Source: an uncultured Spirochaetota bacterium
GTDB lineage: Bacteria; Spirochaetota; Spirochaetia; JAFGXN01
Assembly (NCBI GenBank): GCA_944390005.1
Contig: CALXOJ010000006.1
Location: forward strand, 4,152-68,151
Reading direction: 5' to 3'
Length of the DNA: 64,000 bases
The translations under genes and the position numbers were made by a program. Position 1 is the stretch's first letter. Every line of letters starts with the position of its first letter. Below the pieces are notes generated by a model, which saw only the letters and a list, made by a program, of their open reading frames with translations, was not told where the DNA came from and ran no database searches. Shown piece after piece: positions 1-9,951 of this stretch.

Positions 1-2
1 TT

Positions 3-3000
3 GATTCATTTTGCCGACGAATTGTCGAAAATGCAGCCGGATTTTTGGAAATTCCAAGAAATTTTGACATTAATGGCGAAAAAGTGATTGAAATTCGAAA
101 AAATTCAGCGCTTGAATTTATGGAAGAGGTTAAACCGAATACGGCGCTTTTCCGCATGATTCGCTGTTACGGATTGAAACGGGTGATCGATGAATTTTTC
201 GAACCGTCGGCCGCCCGCGTTCCGTTGTTTGAAGAACCGAATTTTGAACGACGTGTCAGCCTGCAAAAGGAAGTCGCCCGGGGGGATTTTATACGCTGCT
301 GTGAAGATTTATCTGCGCTCTGCGTTTTTTTAACGTCGGAATATGCATCGGCTGTCAAAGAGAGCAAAAAATTACAGGAGATTTATTTGAACCTTCAGAC
401 CGCAGCAGAAGACTTAAACGGCGGTCGGCTGCAGGAAGCGGCGGAGCGGTTGGCGGAGATTGATTTAAGCGGGACAGGCGGATTCAGGGGTGAAAAACGG
501 GAATTTCTAAACGGTGTCAAAGATTGTCGGGAGAAATCCGGCAAATTCGCGCGTCCGAATTCCGATTATATCAACGGAATCGACGATCAAATCGAAGCGG
601 CCCGGGAACTTGATCGGTATATTCGACGGGTCCATAAAGAGCAGAGAGAAAATAACGTGTTTTCTTACAGCGACGTCGTTTCGGGCGCTTTAAAGGCATT
701 AAAAGAAAATTTTGAATTGCGGCAGCGCTATAAAACTCGATTTAAATACATCATGGTTGATGAATTTCAGGACAATAACGCAGAACAGCGGGACTTATTG
801 TTTCTGCTGGCGGAAAAGGCAGCGCGCTGCATTGATGGGATTCCTGACAAAGAAGATCTGGAACCGGCAAAGTTATTTTTTGTCGGCGATGAAAAACAAT
901 CAATTTATCTTTTTCGCGGCGCTGACGTTTCCGTTTTTCGAATGTTGCAGGAAGATTTTTCTCAAAAAGAATTGACGTGCAATTACCGCTCCGTTCCCGG
1001 TTTAATCGAATTTTTCAATCGATTTTTTCCTCGAGTCATGCCGAAAGAAACGGAATCGGATAAGCCGTTTGAAGCGGTTTTCAAAGAACTGAAATATCGG
1101 GAAGACGATCGGCCGCACACCGAAGTCGAATTCATTCGGATTCAAAAAACGGAAAATGACGACGCAGATGAAGTTTTGCCGCGGGAAACCGAATTTCTTG
1201 AAATCGCAAAACGGATAAAAAAAATGGTTGCCTCGAAAGATTTTCTTCTCCCCGAAAAAAACGGAACGCTTCGTCGGGCGGAATTTTCCGATTTTTTGAT
1301 TCTTTTTCGCAACAAAAGCGAGCAGGAAAAACTGGAAAAAATTCTACGCGAGGCGGAAATTCCGTACAACAGCGAAAAAAAATTGAATTTGTTTAAAGAA
1401 TCGATTGCCGTTGATTTTGTCAATCTGTTGAAAACGGCTGTCTATTCGAACGATCAAATTGCGAAGGCGGCATTTTTTCGTTCGCCGATTGCCGCTGTTT
1501 CCGATGCCGCGTTGACGGCCTGGTTGAACGGAAAAGAACCCGACGATCCGCGGTTTGCGGCGGCGCAGGAAAAGATTGAAATCATCCGCGGACGAATGGC
1601 GACAGATTCGTTGATGGATTTGTTCCGCGTTTTTTGGGTCGATTTCGGATATCGGTGGTTTGTCGTCCGAAAGAAGGAAAACCGCTGTTATGAAGAGTTG
1701 GCGGAATATTTTCTATCATATTTAAATCTTCAAGAGAAAGCCGGCCGCTCCGTTGTCGAAGTGATTTCGCTGCTTTCAAATCTTGCGAAAGGCGAAGCGG
1801 ACGACGAGCCTCTCTTTTCGTTCAGCGAAAAAACAGGCGTTTCGTTGATGTCGGTTCATGCAGCAAAGGGATTGGAAGCGCCTGTGGTGATTCTTTCGCA
1901 AACCGATAAAGGTTCCAAAAACGACGGCGGTTCGCTTTATTCGGAATATCAGCGAAAAATTTCACTTGAGGATGAAATAAAATTAAAAGAAATCGATCCG
2001 TCCATTCATCATCGACTGTATAAATGGGTTGAATTTAAGATTCCGGAAGAGAATTTTTATTTATCCGAAAAAAAACCGAAAAAAACGGAAGTCAGCTCTG
2101 CCGAATCCGAACAAAGCAAAGCCGAATTGAAACGGCTTTTATACGTGGCGCTGACCCGTGCAGAGAATAAGCTGCTGATAACGGGAGTTGAATCGAAAGC
2201 AAAAAAAGCCAACACGTTTGCCGAATGGATAGATGAAATTTTCCGAAACGAAACAGCCGCTTTGCAGGAAGGCGAATTTTTTACCGTTAAGACGAAAACG
2301 GTTGAGGCGCTGAGCGAAACGCAAATTCGTTTGGAATTAAACGAACTTCGTTCATCCGCTGCCGCCGGAAACGGCAAAGATAAAATTGAAAACGCATTGA
2401 TTGCCCTTTCCCAAGAATCGGAACCGGAAGCGGCCGATCCGTTGGTTTTTTGGAGAAGCGAAAGAACGGCTTCGGACGAAGAGGCAGCCGAAACCGCTTC
2501 CGAAGCGCAGCCGCTGCCGTCGATTGAGGTCGATGAATTTTTGACAGAAAAAGACGCCCACTCCCGTTTCGGAACTCTGTGCCATTCTGTTTTGGAATCG
2601 GCACTGAAGAGGCGCGACTTCGATCTGAGTCAAACCGATGTTGCTTCGCTTATCGACGGAATTTTTTCTGAAAAGAAAAATCAAATTGAAAAAGAAATCC
2701 GCCGTCTGACGCTCAACTTTCTGCAATCGCCGTTTTTAACCGCGCACCGAAACGCAGAGTTTTTGACAGAAAAGCAATTCCTTTTGCGCAGAGAAGAAAA
2801 CGGCCGAGAGTTTTTCTTTTTCTGCCGGATCGATTTGCTGATTAAAGAAACGGATCGTGTCATTGTTGTTGATTTCAAAACCGACAGTGAAAAAAAGATC
2901 GGGCGTTATGATCGGCAATTGGAACTTTATAAAGAAGCGGCCGAAAGCATTTTCGGACTGCCGGCGGAAATAAAGTTGGTTTATTTAAGGGAAAGGATTT

Positions 3001-3005
3001 GTTGA
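3..3005 (+). CDS. AddA/RecB-family ATP-dependent helicase-nuclease, 5'-partial (frame open to window start)
   Basis: UvrD-type helicase motifs are present: II (MVDEFQDNN), III (FVGDEKQSIYLFRGAD), V/VI (MSVHAAKGLEAPVVIL; VALTRAENKLLITG). The C-terminus has a PD-(D/E)xK nuclease motif (RIDLLIKETDRVIVVDFKTD). There is no stop upstream in frame, and the TTG reported at 45 is internal. Confidence 0.7.
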   Translation, partial: DSFCRRIVENAAGFLEIPRNFDINGEKVIEIRKNSALEFMEEVKPNTALFRMIRCYGLKRVIDEFFEPSAARVPLFEEPNFERRVSLQKEVARGDFIRCCEDLSALCVFLTSEYASAVKESKKLQEIYLNLQTAAEDLNGGRLQEAAERLAEIDLSGTGGFRGEKREFLNGVKDCREKSGKFARPNSDYINGIDDQIEAARELDRYIRRVHKEQRENNVFSYSDVVSGALKALKENFELRQRYKTRFKYIMVDEFQDNNAEQRDLLFLLAEKAARCIDGIPDKEDLEPAKLFFVGDEKQSIYLFRGADVSVFRMLQEDFSQKELTCNYRSVPGLIEFFNRFFPRVMPKETESDKPFEAVFKELKYREDDRPHTEVEFIRIQKTENDDADEVLPRETEFLEIAKRIKKMVASKDFLLPEKNGTLRRAEFSDFLILFRNKSEQEKLEKILREAEIPYNSEKKLNLFKESIAVDFVNLLKTAVYSNDQIAKAAFFRSPIAAVSDAALTAWLNGKEPDDPRFAAAQEKIEIIRGRMATDSLMDLFRVFWVDFGYRWFVVRKKENRCYEELAEYFLSYLNLQEKAGRSVVEVISLLSNLAKGEADDEPLFSFSEKTGVSLMSVHAAKGLEAPVVILSQTDKGSKNDGGSLYSEYQRKISLEDEIKLKEIDPSIHHRLYKWVEFKIPEENFYLSEKKPKKTEVSSAESEQSKAELKRLLYVALTRAENKLLITGVESKAKKANTFAEWIDEIFRNETAALQEGEFFTVKTKTVEALSETQIRLELNELRSSAAAGNGKDKIENALIALSQESEPEAADPLVFWRSERTASDEEAAETASEAQPLPSIEVDEFLTEKDAHSRFGTLCHSVLESALKRRDFDLSQTDVASLIDGIFSEKKNQIEKEIRRLTLNFLQSPFLTAHRNAEFLTEKQFLLRREENGREFFFFCRIDLLIKETDRVIVVDFKTDSEKKIGRYDRQLELYKEAAESIFGLPAEIKLVYLRERIC

Positions 3006-3065
3006 AGTTCTGTAAAATTCGATAAGCGGCTTTCTTCCCGACTTTTCTCATGATATAATAATAAT

Positions 3066-4157
3066 ATGAGCAAGAGAAAATTTTTTTGGATTGTTCTGTT
3101 GACTTTATTGCTGTTTTTGGTGGTTGTCGGCGGGTATGTTATTTACGTTTTTCTGGCATATGATCGACTTCCCAAACGAATGGAATTGAAAATTTTTCCA
3201 CCGAAGGAAGAGTCTGAGGGAGTGACTGCGCTTCAAGTCGGCGTTGAGTACAATGCGGTTACTTATAACATCGGCTTCGGTGCTTACACCCCCGATTTTT
3301 CGTTTTTCATGGACGGCGGAACGGAATCGGTGGCGGCTTCTGCAGAGAGTGTGACGGCGGCTGTCGACGGGGCTGCTCGGTGTGTGCATCGTTTGGAGCC
3401 CGATTTTGCGCTTTTTCAGGAGGTTGATTTAAAAGCGACTCGCAGCCATTATGTCAATGAATTTGCGTTGATTAATCGTCTTTTTCCCGAGTATTGGCGC
3501 ATATTTGCCGTCAATTACGATTCACCGTTTTTGTTTTATCCGATTTTAGAACCTCACGGCCGCACTAAAGCGGGAATGGCAACTTATTCCCGTTTTCCGA
3601 TTGAAACGGCGGTTCGCCGCGCGCTTCCGATTTCCGAAAATTTCGATAAATTTTTTGATTTGGATCGATGCTTTTCCGTTGTAACCGTTCCGGTCGAAAA
3701 CGGCAAAAAACTCGTGATCTTCCACGTTCATCTTTCTGCTTATTCCGAAGACGCCCGTATTCGGGAAGGTCAGACGAATTTGTTGATGCACTCACTCGAT
3801 GCGGCGTATCGGAGAGGAAATTACGTATTGTGCGCCGGCGATTTCAACCACGACATGAAAAATCTGACGCAGTCAGCCGACGAGGTCTTTTCATGGGCGC
3901 ACGTTTTTCCGCGCGAATCTCTGCCTAAACACTTTTTTATCGTTCAGGATCTTTTTTCCGAGAAAGAGAAAGCCGCTATGCCCGATTCATCACGCAACGC
4001 CGACATTCCGTACATACCGGGGGAAACCATGACGATTACACTCGATGCATTTATCGTTTCGGATAATATCGAACCGATAAATTACCGCATTATCAATCAC
4101 GGTTTTCTTTATTCGGATCATCAGCCTGTTGAGTTTTCTTTTCGGTTGAAGAATTGA
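3066..4157 (+). CDS. Endonuclease/exonuclease/phosphatase (EEP) family membrane-anchored protein
   Basis: It has an N-terminal TM helix and the C-terminal EEP signature (YSDHQPVEF) with conserved His/Asp-containing blocks. Its 3' end overlaps the convergent creD by about 65 nt. Confidence 0.6.
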   Translation: MSKRKFFWIVLLTLLLFLVVVGGYVIYVFLAYDRLPKRMELKIFPPKEESEGVTALQVGVEYNAVTYNIGFGAYTPDFSFFMDGGTESVAASAESVTAAVDGAARCVHRLEPDFALFQEVDLKATRSHYVNEFALINRLFPEYWRIFAVNYDSPFLFYPILEPHGRTKAGMATYSRFPIETAVRRALPISENFDKFFDLDRCFSVVTVPVENGKKLVIFHVHLSAYSEDARIREGQTNLLMHSLDAAYRRGNYVLCAGDFNHDMKNLTQSADEVFSWAHVFPRESLPKHFFIVQDLFSEKEKAAMPDSSRNADIPYIPGETMTITLDAFIVSDNIEPINYRIINHGFLYSDHQPVEFSFRLKN

Positions 4158-5457
4158 CAACTCTGTCGGAGATTTTGTACCAGTTGACATTGCGTGTCAA
4201 ATACATAACAATCGCCAATGCGGCAAAAAGTCCAAACGTTCCGACAAGAAGAGCATAATCGGAAATTTGCAGCAATCCGAAAAGGAAAAAATACGCTGTC
4301 AACGAAACAACTGCCATGATGAATCCCGGTTTCTTGGATTTTGTGACAGCTGCGGTATAAAAGCTGCTGAGCAGAACGGTCATAATCATGGAGATAAGAT
4401 AAGCAGCGTTGAAGGGAATTTGTTCCGCTAATGAAAGCAGCAGCAGATAAAACAGGGCGTTGGCGATGCCGATGAGCAGATATTGTGCGGGATGAATCGG
4501 AATTTTACGCACCGCTTCAACGAAAAAAAGCGACAGAAACGGCACAAAGATAAAAAGAAATGCGTATTTCATGCACCTTTGAACGCGATTATAAATGTCG
4601 TTTATTTGCAGAAATGAAACACAAATCGATTGAGGGTAAACAATTTCCCCGTCGTCATAGTAAGAGTCGGTAACCGATGAAAAGGAAGAAGAGACATTGA
4701 ATCCGGGAATTTCCCATCGCGCGGAGAATCCTTCATCTGAAACAGTTCGTTCGATCGGCAGCCAGTCGCCGGAAAATCCCGGATCGTTCCAATTTGAGCG
4801 CACAGTAAAGATGTTTTCTCCGGAAATTGGGCGCAAAATAAACTGTTTTCCGCCGCGGCCGACAGCCGTCAGGGTAAAATCAAAACCGTTCTTCATTTGT
4901 TCTTCTGTCAGCGGCCACGCAAACGGCGCTATATACAACCCCGACGGTTTTGAAAAGAGATGATCCCGTTTCGGCTGAAAATCACCGTTCAGCTGCATTT
5001 CCGGCTCTTTTGTCAGATTTTTACGATCCGCCACGTCAAAAATCAACCGGGCACCGGCAAGCGGCGTGCCGTTCACTGCAAAATCCGATGCATCAAACCG
5101 TCCCGAAATGGTAATTGCGGCATCATAAACAGGCGTGTCAAAAATCCCTCGTTTCAGTTTGGAAACATTTAAGTCAGCCGTCACCTCATAACGCACCGGT
5201 TCAGCGACAAAAAATTCCTTTTCCGGTTTTTTATCTGATTCGGAAGCGGCCGGCAGATACGGAATCAGCACAGAAACTCCGCGAATTAAAAACGAATTGC
5301 CGATCGGCATCAATACGGAGTTCATCGCTTCTTCCCGATAGTGCAGCCGATCGCGCACAACACCTTTGATCATTCCAATCGGAATAAAAATCAGCAGTCC
5401 GAGGATGAAGACCAAAAACAGTTTGACGCTCAGATCTGATTTGACAGGAAATTTCAT
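4093..5457 (-). CDS. creD: CreD-family inner membrane protein
   Basis: CreD-like blocks are RSNWNDPGFSGDWLPIERTVSDEGFSARWE and HPAQYLLIGIANALFYLLLLSLAEQIPF. The likely start is MKFPVKSD, preceded by an AAGGAG RBS, so the ORF-track N-terminal extension was dropped. Confidence 0.65.
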   Translation of the reverse strand: MKFPVKSDLSVKLFLVFILGLLIFIPIGMIKGVVRDRLHYREEAMNSVLMPIGNSFLIRGVSVLIPYLPAASESDKKPEKEFFVAEPVRYEVTADLNVSKLKRGIFDTPVYDAAITISGRFDASDFAVNGTPLAGARLIFDVADRKNLTKEPEMQLNGDFQPKRDHLFSKPSGLYIAPFAWPLTEEQMKNGFDFTLTAVGRGGKQFILRPISGENIFTVRSNWNDPGFSGDWLPIERTVSDEGFSARWEIPGFNVSSSFSSVTDSYYDDGEIVYPQSICVSFLQINDIYNRVQRCMKYAFLFIFVPFLSLFFVEAVRKIPIHPAQYLLIGIANALFYLLLLSLAEQIPFNAAYLISMIMTVLLSSFYTAAVTKSKKPGFIMAVVSLTAYFFLFGLLQISDYALLVGTFGLFAALAIVMYLTRNVNWYKISDRVVNSSTEKKTQQADDPNKENRD

Positions 5458-5515
5458 GCTGAACTCCTTGAATAATTTACATCGATTAAAACACAGATTT
5501 TCGGTTTTGTCAACT

Positions 5516-6511
5516 TTAATGACTGACGGCCGCCGCAAAGGTCGGTCGGCTGCTTTCCGGAATTAAATTGGCTTTGTGAAGATTCAATTCAAGGATGGTT
5601 TTGACTTTCCGTATATCGTCCGTCAGAAAATCGCGCATAATGATGTTGGTTAAATTCAGCCGCTGTTCGTCGTCGGCAATTCCCCGGATATAGGCGGTGA
5701 TGCCGGCGTCGTGTTCCTGTTCCCGCCGTGCTATGGAAGAGAGCAGTGTTTTTCCCGTTAACTGACACTGGAGAACAAAAAGCCCTTTATTCTTTTTTTC
5801 GAAACGTCCGTAATATTGAGGAAGCGCCGACCGGATGAACACTTCTGAAGATTTTCGGTGAAGTTCGCCGACGTAGTACGATTCCAGTGCGCAGTTGTCG
5901 TGTGAGCCGTCATCGTTGTTCCGCGGAAAAAGAAAATCCGATTCGGGGGTTTCGTAATCCTTTCCCAAAAAAATCAGCGCTTTTCCGCGGCATTCGCCGA
6001 GTGTCAACGTATCGGCTGCTTCAAGCGGAGTCATATCGTCGGGAATCGTCACAATAAAACGATCGGGACCCAACGTCTGTGAAACGGCGGCAAAAGTATC
6101 GGCTTCCGAACCGCCTTTGAAATGCTGAAAATCGAGAATGACAGTTTCGCTCGGATGAGCTCCAAGAAAAGTTTTCACGGAGTCCAACACATCCGCAAAC
6201 GGCTGCCCCGAAACCGGTCCGTGAAAAATCACCAACCCGCGCGCTTTTTTTTGCACGCGGATGTCAAAATAGCGGACGCCGTAAAGCAGCTGCGTGCGGA
6301 TATACGAATTCTGTGTTTCGGCAGCGGACGGCATTGTCACAGAGCCGGCGTCGTGACTCCCCGGAATGACAATATTGCGAATCGCCGTTTCATCGGAAAG
6401 AAAACTCATCCATTGCGAAAAAAACGGATCTGGAGTTTCATCGATAATCGACTGTCCGCATGCTGTTAAAAAAATCAGTCCGGCAATGACAGCAAGGAAA
6501 CGCGTTTTCAT
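5516..6511 (-). CDS. PI-PLC X-domain-like phosphodiesterase lipoprotein
   Basis: The lipobox is LTACGQ. It carries IPGSHDAGS and DIRVQ...VIFHGP blocks resembling the PLC-like phosphodiesterase fold. Its start ATG overlaps the phoA-like stop (ATGA). Confidence 0.45.
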   Translation of the reverse strand: MKTRFLAVIAGLIFLTACGQSIIDETPDPFFSQWMSFLSDETAIRNIVIPGSHDAGSVTMPSAAETQNSYIRTQLLYGVRYFDIRVQKKARGLVIFHGPVSGQPFADVLDSVKTFLGAHPSETVILDFQHFKGGSEADTFAAVSQTLGPDRFIVTIPDDMTPLEAADTLTLGECRGKALIFLGKDYETPESDFLFPRNNDDGSHDNCALESYYVGELHRKSSEVFIRSALPQYYGRFEKKNKGLFVLQCQLTGKTLLSSIARREQEHDAGITAYIRGIADDEQRLNLTNIIMRDFLTDDIRKVKTILELNLHKANLIPESSRPTFAAAVSH

Positions 6512-7583
6512 TGTGTCCCCGCGGAGATGATTGACTTGCATAAATTACCGATTTGTGTATTGTCGATGACTTCGGGAAATTCGCAGTCAACCGTTCCGAA
6601 AACAAAGTACGCGACATTGGCGTCGGAGTGGCGCGTGCGTGTGTACATTTTATCCGAAAGCTGCTCTTTTGTTTCACCGTTGTATTCCAAACCGCCGGTT
6701 TCGTGATCGGCTGTTACAATGACGACGGTGTTGCCGATTTCCGCCGCTTTTTCGACAACCGCTTTGACTGCATTGTCAAACGCTTTTAAATGTTCGAGCG
6801 CGTTGAGAAGCTCGTTATCGTGGCTGAATTTATCGATGTGACTCTCTTCAATCATCAGAAAAAATCCATTGGGATTGGCAGAGAGTTTTTCGATCGCCTT
6901 GACTCCGAGTTCCGCCAAAGTCGGTTTTTTGCTTCCGCCGTTGTTTAAAGGAATTTCCTCAAACGACGCAAAAATTTTCGGCTGACTCAAATTCAAATCA
7001 TTCATATCGTCAATAAAGGCATAATTTTTTGTGATTTCTTCTTTTAGAGGAGCATAATATTCGATATTGCTGCCGAAAAACAGATCGATTCCGCTTGCCA
7101 GCTGGTCGGCAAAAATTTCGTCGATTTTATCGCGGTTCGAAGTGTGAGCCGAAAACCCCGCCGGCGTTGCACCGTCAACGCCTTCTGTCGCCACCACGCC
7201 GGCAGCCATCTTCAACGAAAGCGCCCGTTCCGACGTTGATTCAAACGCTTCTCCGTTCAGCTGACCGATTTGTCCGTTGCGGGTTTTGTTCCCCGTTGCC
7301 AACGCCGTTGCCGCAGCCGCGCTGTCTGTCGGCAAAGCGTTTAACGAATAAGTCGTCACTTCGCCTTCAGCTGCCTTTTCTGCCGTTGTGATGAACAGAT
7401 CGCCGTAAGCGGCTTGCGCTGCTTTGATGTGGTTAAATCCCATTCCATCGCCGATCATTAAAATCACATTCTGTTTTTCACCGTTGTATACCAGCGGCGC
7501 CACCTTTTTCGGCAGTGTTGTACATGTAAAAAGAAAAAAAGACAAACAAATCAATCCGATTGTTTTAAATGTTGAATTTTTCA
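6508..7583 (-). CDS. phoA: Alkaline phosphatase (PhoA family), secreted
   Basis: Signatures ILMIGDGMG and TDSAAAATALATG plus a metal-ligand C-terminal block. The start was chosen at MKNS, which has a GGAG RBS, so the ORF-track extension was dropped. Confidence 0.75.
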
Positions 7584-8159
7584 TAAAAAGCTCCATGGTT
7601 TTGATTTTATATAAACCATTGAAAAAGACAATAAAAAACGAAAAATTGACGTTAAACCGTTGTCGGAATAGCGTAAATTTAAGAAACCCCGACTGTTTTG
7701 CTGCGGGCACGGTGCAAAAAGTGAAAAGCACAAAAGAAAGATAATTTGTTTAACGGTCGGGAGAGTTGACGCCGTTGACCGGTGATTTAGGCTTGACTTT
7801 GTGGTAGATCCGTTTATGAAGATGAGTCTTTGAGTGCTTACCTCAATTCCTCTTATTTGACAAAACATCCGATCTATGCTTCATCCTGTATTTTACAGCT
7901 GAAGTCACTTGAAGTGATTGAATAAAACAAGAGGAGAATAGAAATTCCTTACAGTTCGAATTCGTAGGGCATTGACAAATTTCGTAAAGGCGTTTATCAT
8001 CATATAAAAGAGGGTTTTGTAGAGCGTACGGTTTGACTCCGTATTGTGTACTGCAAAATCCTCTTTTTTCTATTAGGTCGATCAGTATGCTTTTTTCAGT
8101 ATCGAAAACCTTGTGATCATAATATTTATTATTTGCCTGATCGATTCCAATAACAGATT

Positions 8160-8606
8160 TTACGGTGAATATTTCTCTTTCGATTTGTAGTCCGGAAATA
8201 AAATAGCTGTATGTTTTAATATTGGGATGAATGTTTTCTTGAGCGACGATTGCTTTATTCGGTTCGAAATTTTTATCAAGAAATTTCGCCTGAGGGCATT
8301 GACAAATTTCGTAAAGGCGTTTATCATAATAAAAGGCTGAGGTTTGATTTTCAGGCCGGACTGGTTCGGTAATCCGGTATCCCGTCTGAAAATCAACCTC
8401 GGTTTTTTTGTAGTCAAATACAGTTCTTTCGGATGGTTATAGATATGATGATCGTAATAACGGATACCAGTTCGAAGATCCTCTTTAACCGATTTGACAG
8501 TCAGTAAATCGGTTTTTGTTTTCCTTATACGAAATTGATTTTCAGCTTTTTCGGTTTTGTCCAAAAAGAGTTTTCCGGAAAATGATTTTCCGGCTTTTGA
8601 GGTCAT
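8160..8606 (-). CDS. Hypothetical small basic protein. A degenerate 32-aa paralogous fragment (MMINAFTKFVNAL...) lies at about 7917-8006 on the same strand
   Basis: It is an ORF with an AAGAGAGG RBS and no recognisable domain. It shares about 45 nt of repeat (agggcattgacaaatttcgtaaaggcgtttatcat) with a second copy about 327 bp away. Confidence 0.25.
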   Translation of the reverse strand: MTSKAGKSFSGKLFLDKTEKAENQFRIRKTKTDLLTVKSVKEDLRTGIRYYDHHIYNHPKELYLTTKKPRLIFRRDTGLPNQSGLKIKPQPFIMINAFTKFVNALRRNFLIKISNRIKQSSLKKTFIPILKHTAILFPDYKSKEKYSP

Positions 8607-8871
8607 CTTTTTGACCTCTCTTTTATTTCCTGCTGTGTGTTTTTCAAACCTTTTTCTTCCAAAAAACGGTCTAACGGATTTTTACCTGAGTTGGATTTTT
8701 CGCTTGACAAAGTTTGATTTCTGCGTATCCTTCAATTATAAAGGCTCTGTTTCTGTCTTTGACAGTCTCTAGGGGTCGCGCCCGGCTCCCCACCTTATTT
8801 TGAGCTGAGGAGTCATTCGGTCGGAGATTCTCTCCGGCCGTCTTTGTTTATTGTCGGAAGATTTTTCAGGA

Positions 8872-8943
8872 AGCGGCTGAGGGGAGTCGAACCCCCGTCA
8901 CGAGCTTGGGAAGCTCGGGTAATGGCCGTTATACGACAGCCGC
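8872..8943 (-). tRNA. tRNA-Gly (anticodon CCC)
   Basis: The cloverleaf was folded by hand. The acceptor pairs GCGGCTG/CAGCCGC, the anticodon loop is TTCCCAA, the T-loop is TTCGACT, and the discriminator is T. CCA is not encoded. Confidence 0.7.
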
Positions 8944-8963
8944 GGTTAAAAAACCCTATTTTA

Positions 8964-8993
8964 ATAATAATACATTATTTTTATTTTATCAAG
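8964..8993 (-). promoter_or_regulatory. Sigma70-like promoter for tRNA-Gly (TTGATA, 17-nt spacer, TATTAT)
   Basis: Hexamer match read on the minus strand, about 20 nt upstream of the tRNA 5' end. Confidence 0.35.
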
Positions 8994-9093
8994 ACTTTTT
9001 GATAAAAAATTCAATAAAAAATTCCGCAAAAGCCGCCGCCCCGTTTCATTGTGTTTCGTCTTATTTTAGTGTATGATGTCAACGGAGGCGTTT

Positions 9094-9855
9094 ATGGCTA
9101 TCGGTATTTACGATTCGGGAATCGGCGGCCTGACTGTTTACAAAGCGGTTGCGGCTCATTTCGATCAGTGTCATTTAATCTACTTCGGTGACGTGGCACG
9201 CGTTCCTTACGGCAATCGGTCGCCGGAAACCGTTATCAAATACAGCCTTGAATGCGGCCGCTTTCTGAAAGACCGCTACCGCATCTCCGCCCTCATTGTC
9301 GCCTGCAACACCATTTCTTCGTATGCGCTGCCGTCGCTCGAAGATGACCTTCAGATTCCCGTGCTGGGCGTTATCAAACCGGGAGCGCAAAACGCCGTCG
9401 CCCTGACAAAAAACAAAAAAATCGGCGTTCTCGGCACCCATGGAACGGTCAACAGCAAATCTTACATCGCCGCCGTCAAAGCGATCGATCCGACTGTCAG
9501 CGTTTATCAACAAGCATGCCCGCTCTTTGTTCCTTTAGTTGAAGAAGCGATGCTGACAGGCCCGGTTCCCGAAACGGTCGTCCGCGAAACCGTGAAAGAC
9601 ATCGTTCAAACCGGCATTGACACATTAATTCTAGGCTGCACCCATTACCCCGTTCTCAAGCCGCTGATTGCCGCCAATATGCCCGGCGTCAATATCGTTG
9701 ACAGCACCGAATACATCATCAATGACATCAAAAAATTGCAGCTGCCTCCCGAGAGAGGATTACGCGAAATTCTCATTACCGATGATACATCAAGTTTTTT
9801 ACTGCTGAAAAATCTGTTGGTCGGGGAAATTCCCGTCGAAGTTGTCACGCTTTAA
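9094..9855 (+). CDS. murI: Glutamate racemase
   Basis: Blocks IGIYDSGIGGLTVY, VACNTIS and LGCTHYP. The start was set at MAIGIY, which has an ACGGAGG RBS. Confidence 0.85.
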   Translation: MAIGIYDSGIGGLTVYKAVAAHFDQCHLIYFGDVARVPYGNRSPETVIKYSLECGRFLKDRYRISALIVACNTISSYALPSLEDDLQIPVLGVIKPGAQNAVALTKNKKIGVLGTHGTVNSKSYIAAVKAIDPTVSVYQQACPLFVPLVEEAMLTGPVPETVVRETVKDIVQTGIDTLILGCTHYPVLKPLIAANMPGVNIVDSTEYIINDIKKLQLPPERGLREILITDDTSSFLLLKNLLVGEIPVEVVTL

Positions 9856-9951
9856 AAATTCTTTCAGCACGTTCGATTGACAAAGCGGCGGCTGTGCGCT
9901 ATGATTCCGGTATACTGATCGGTTTAAATCTGTTTCTGTTCGGAGACACAT

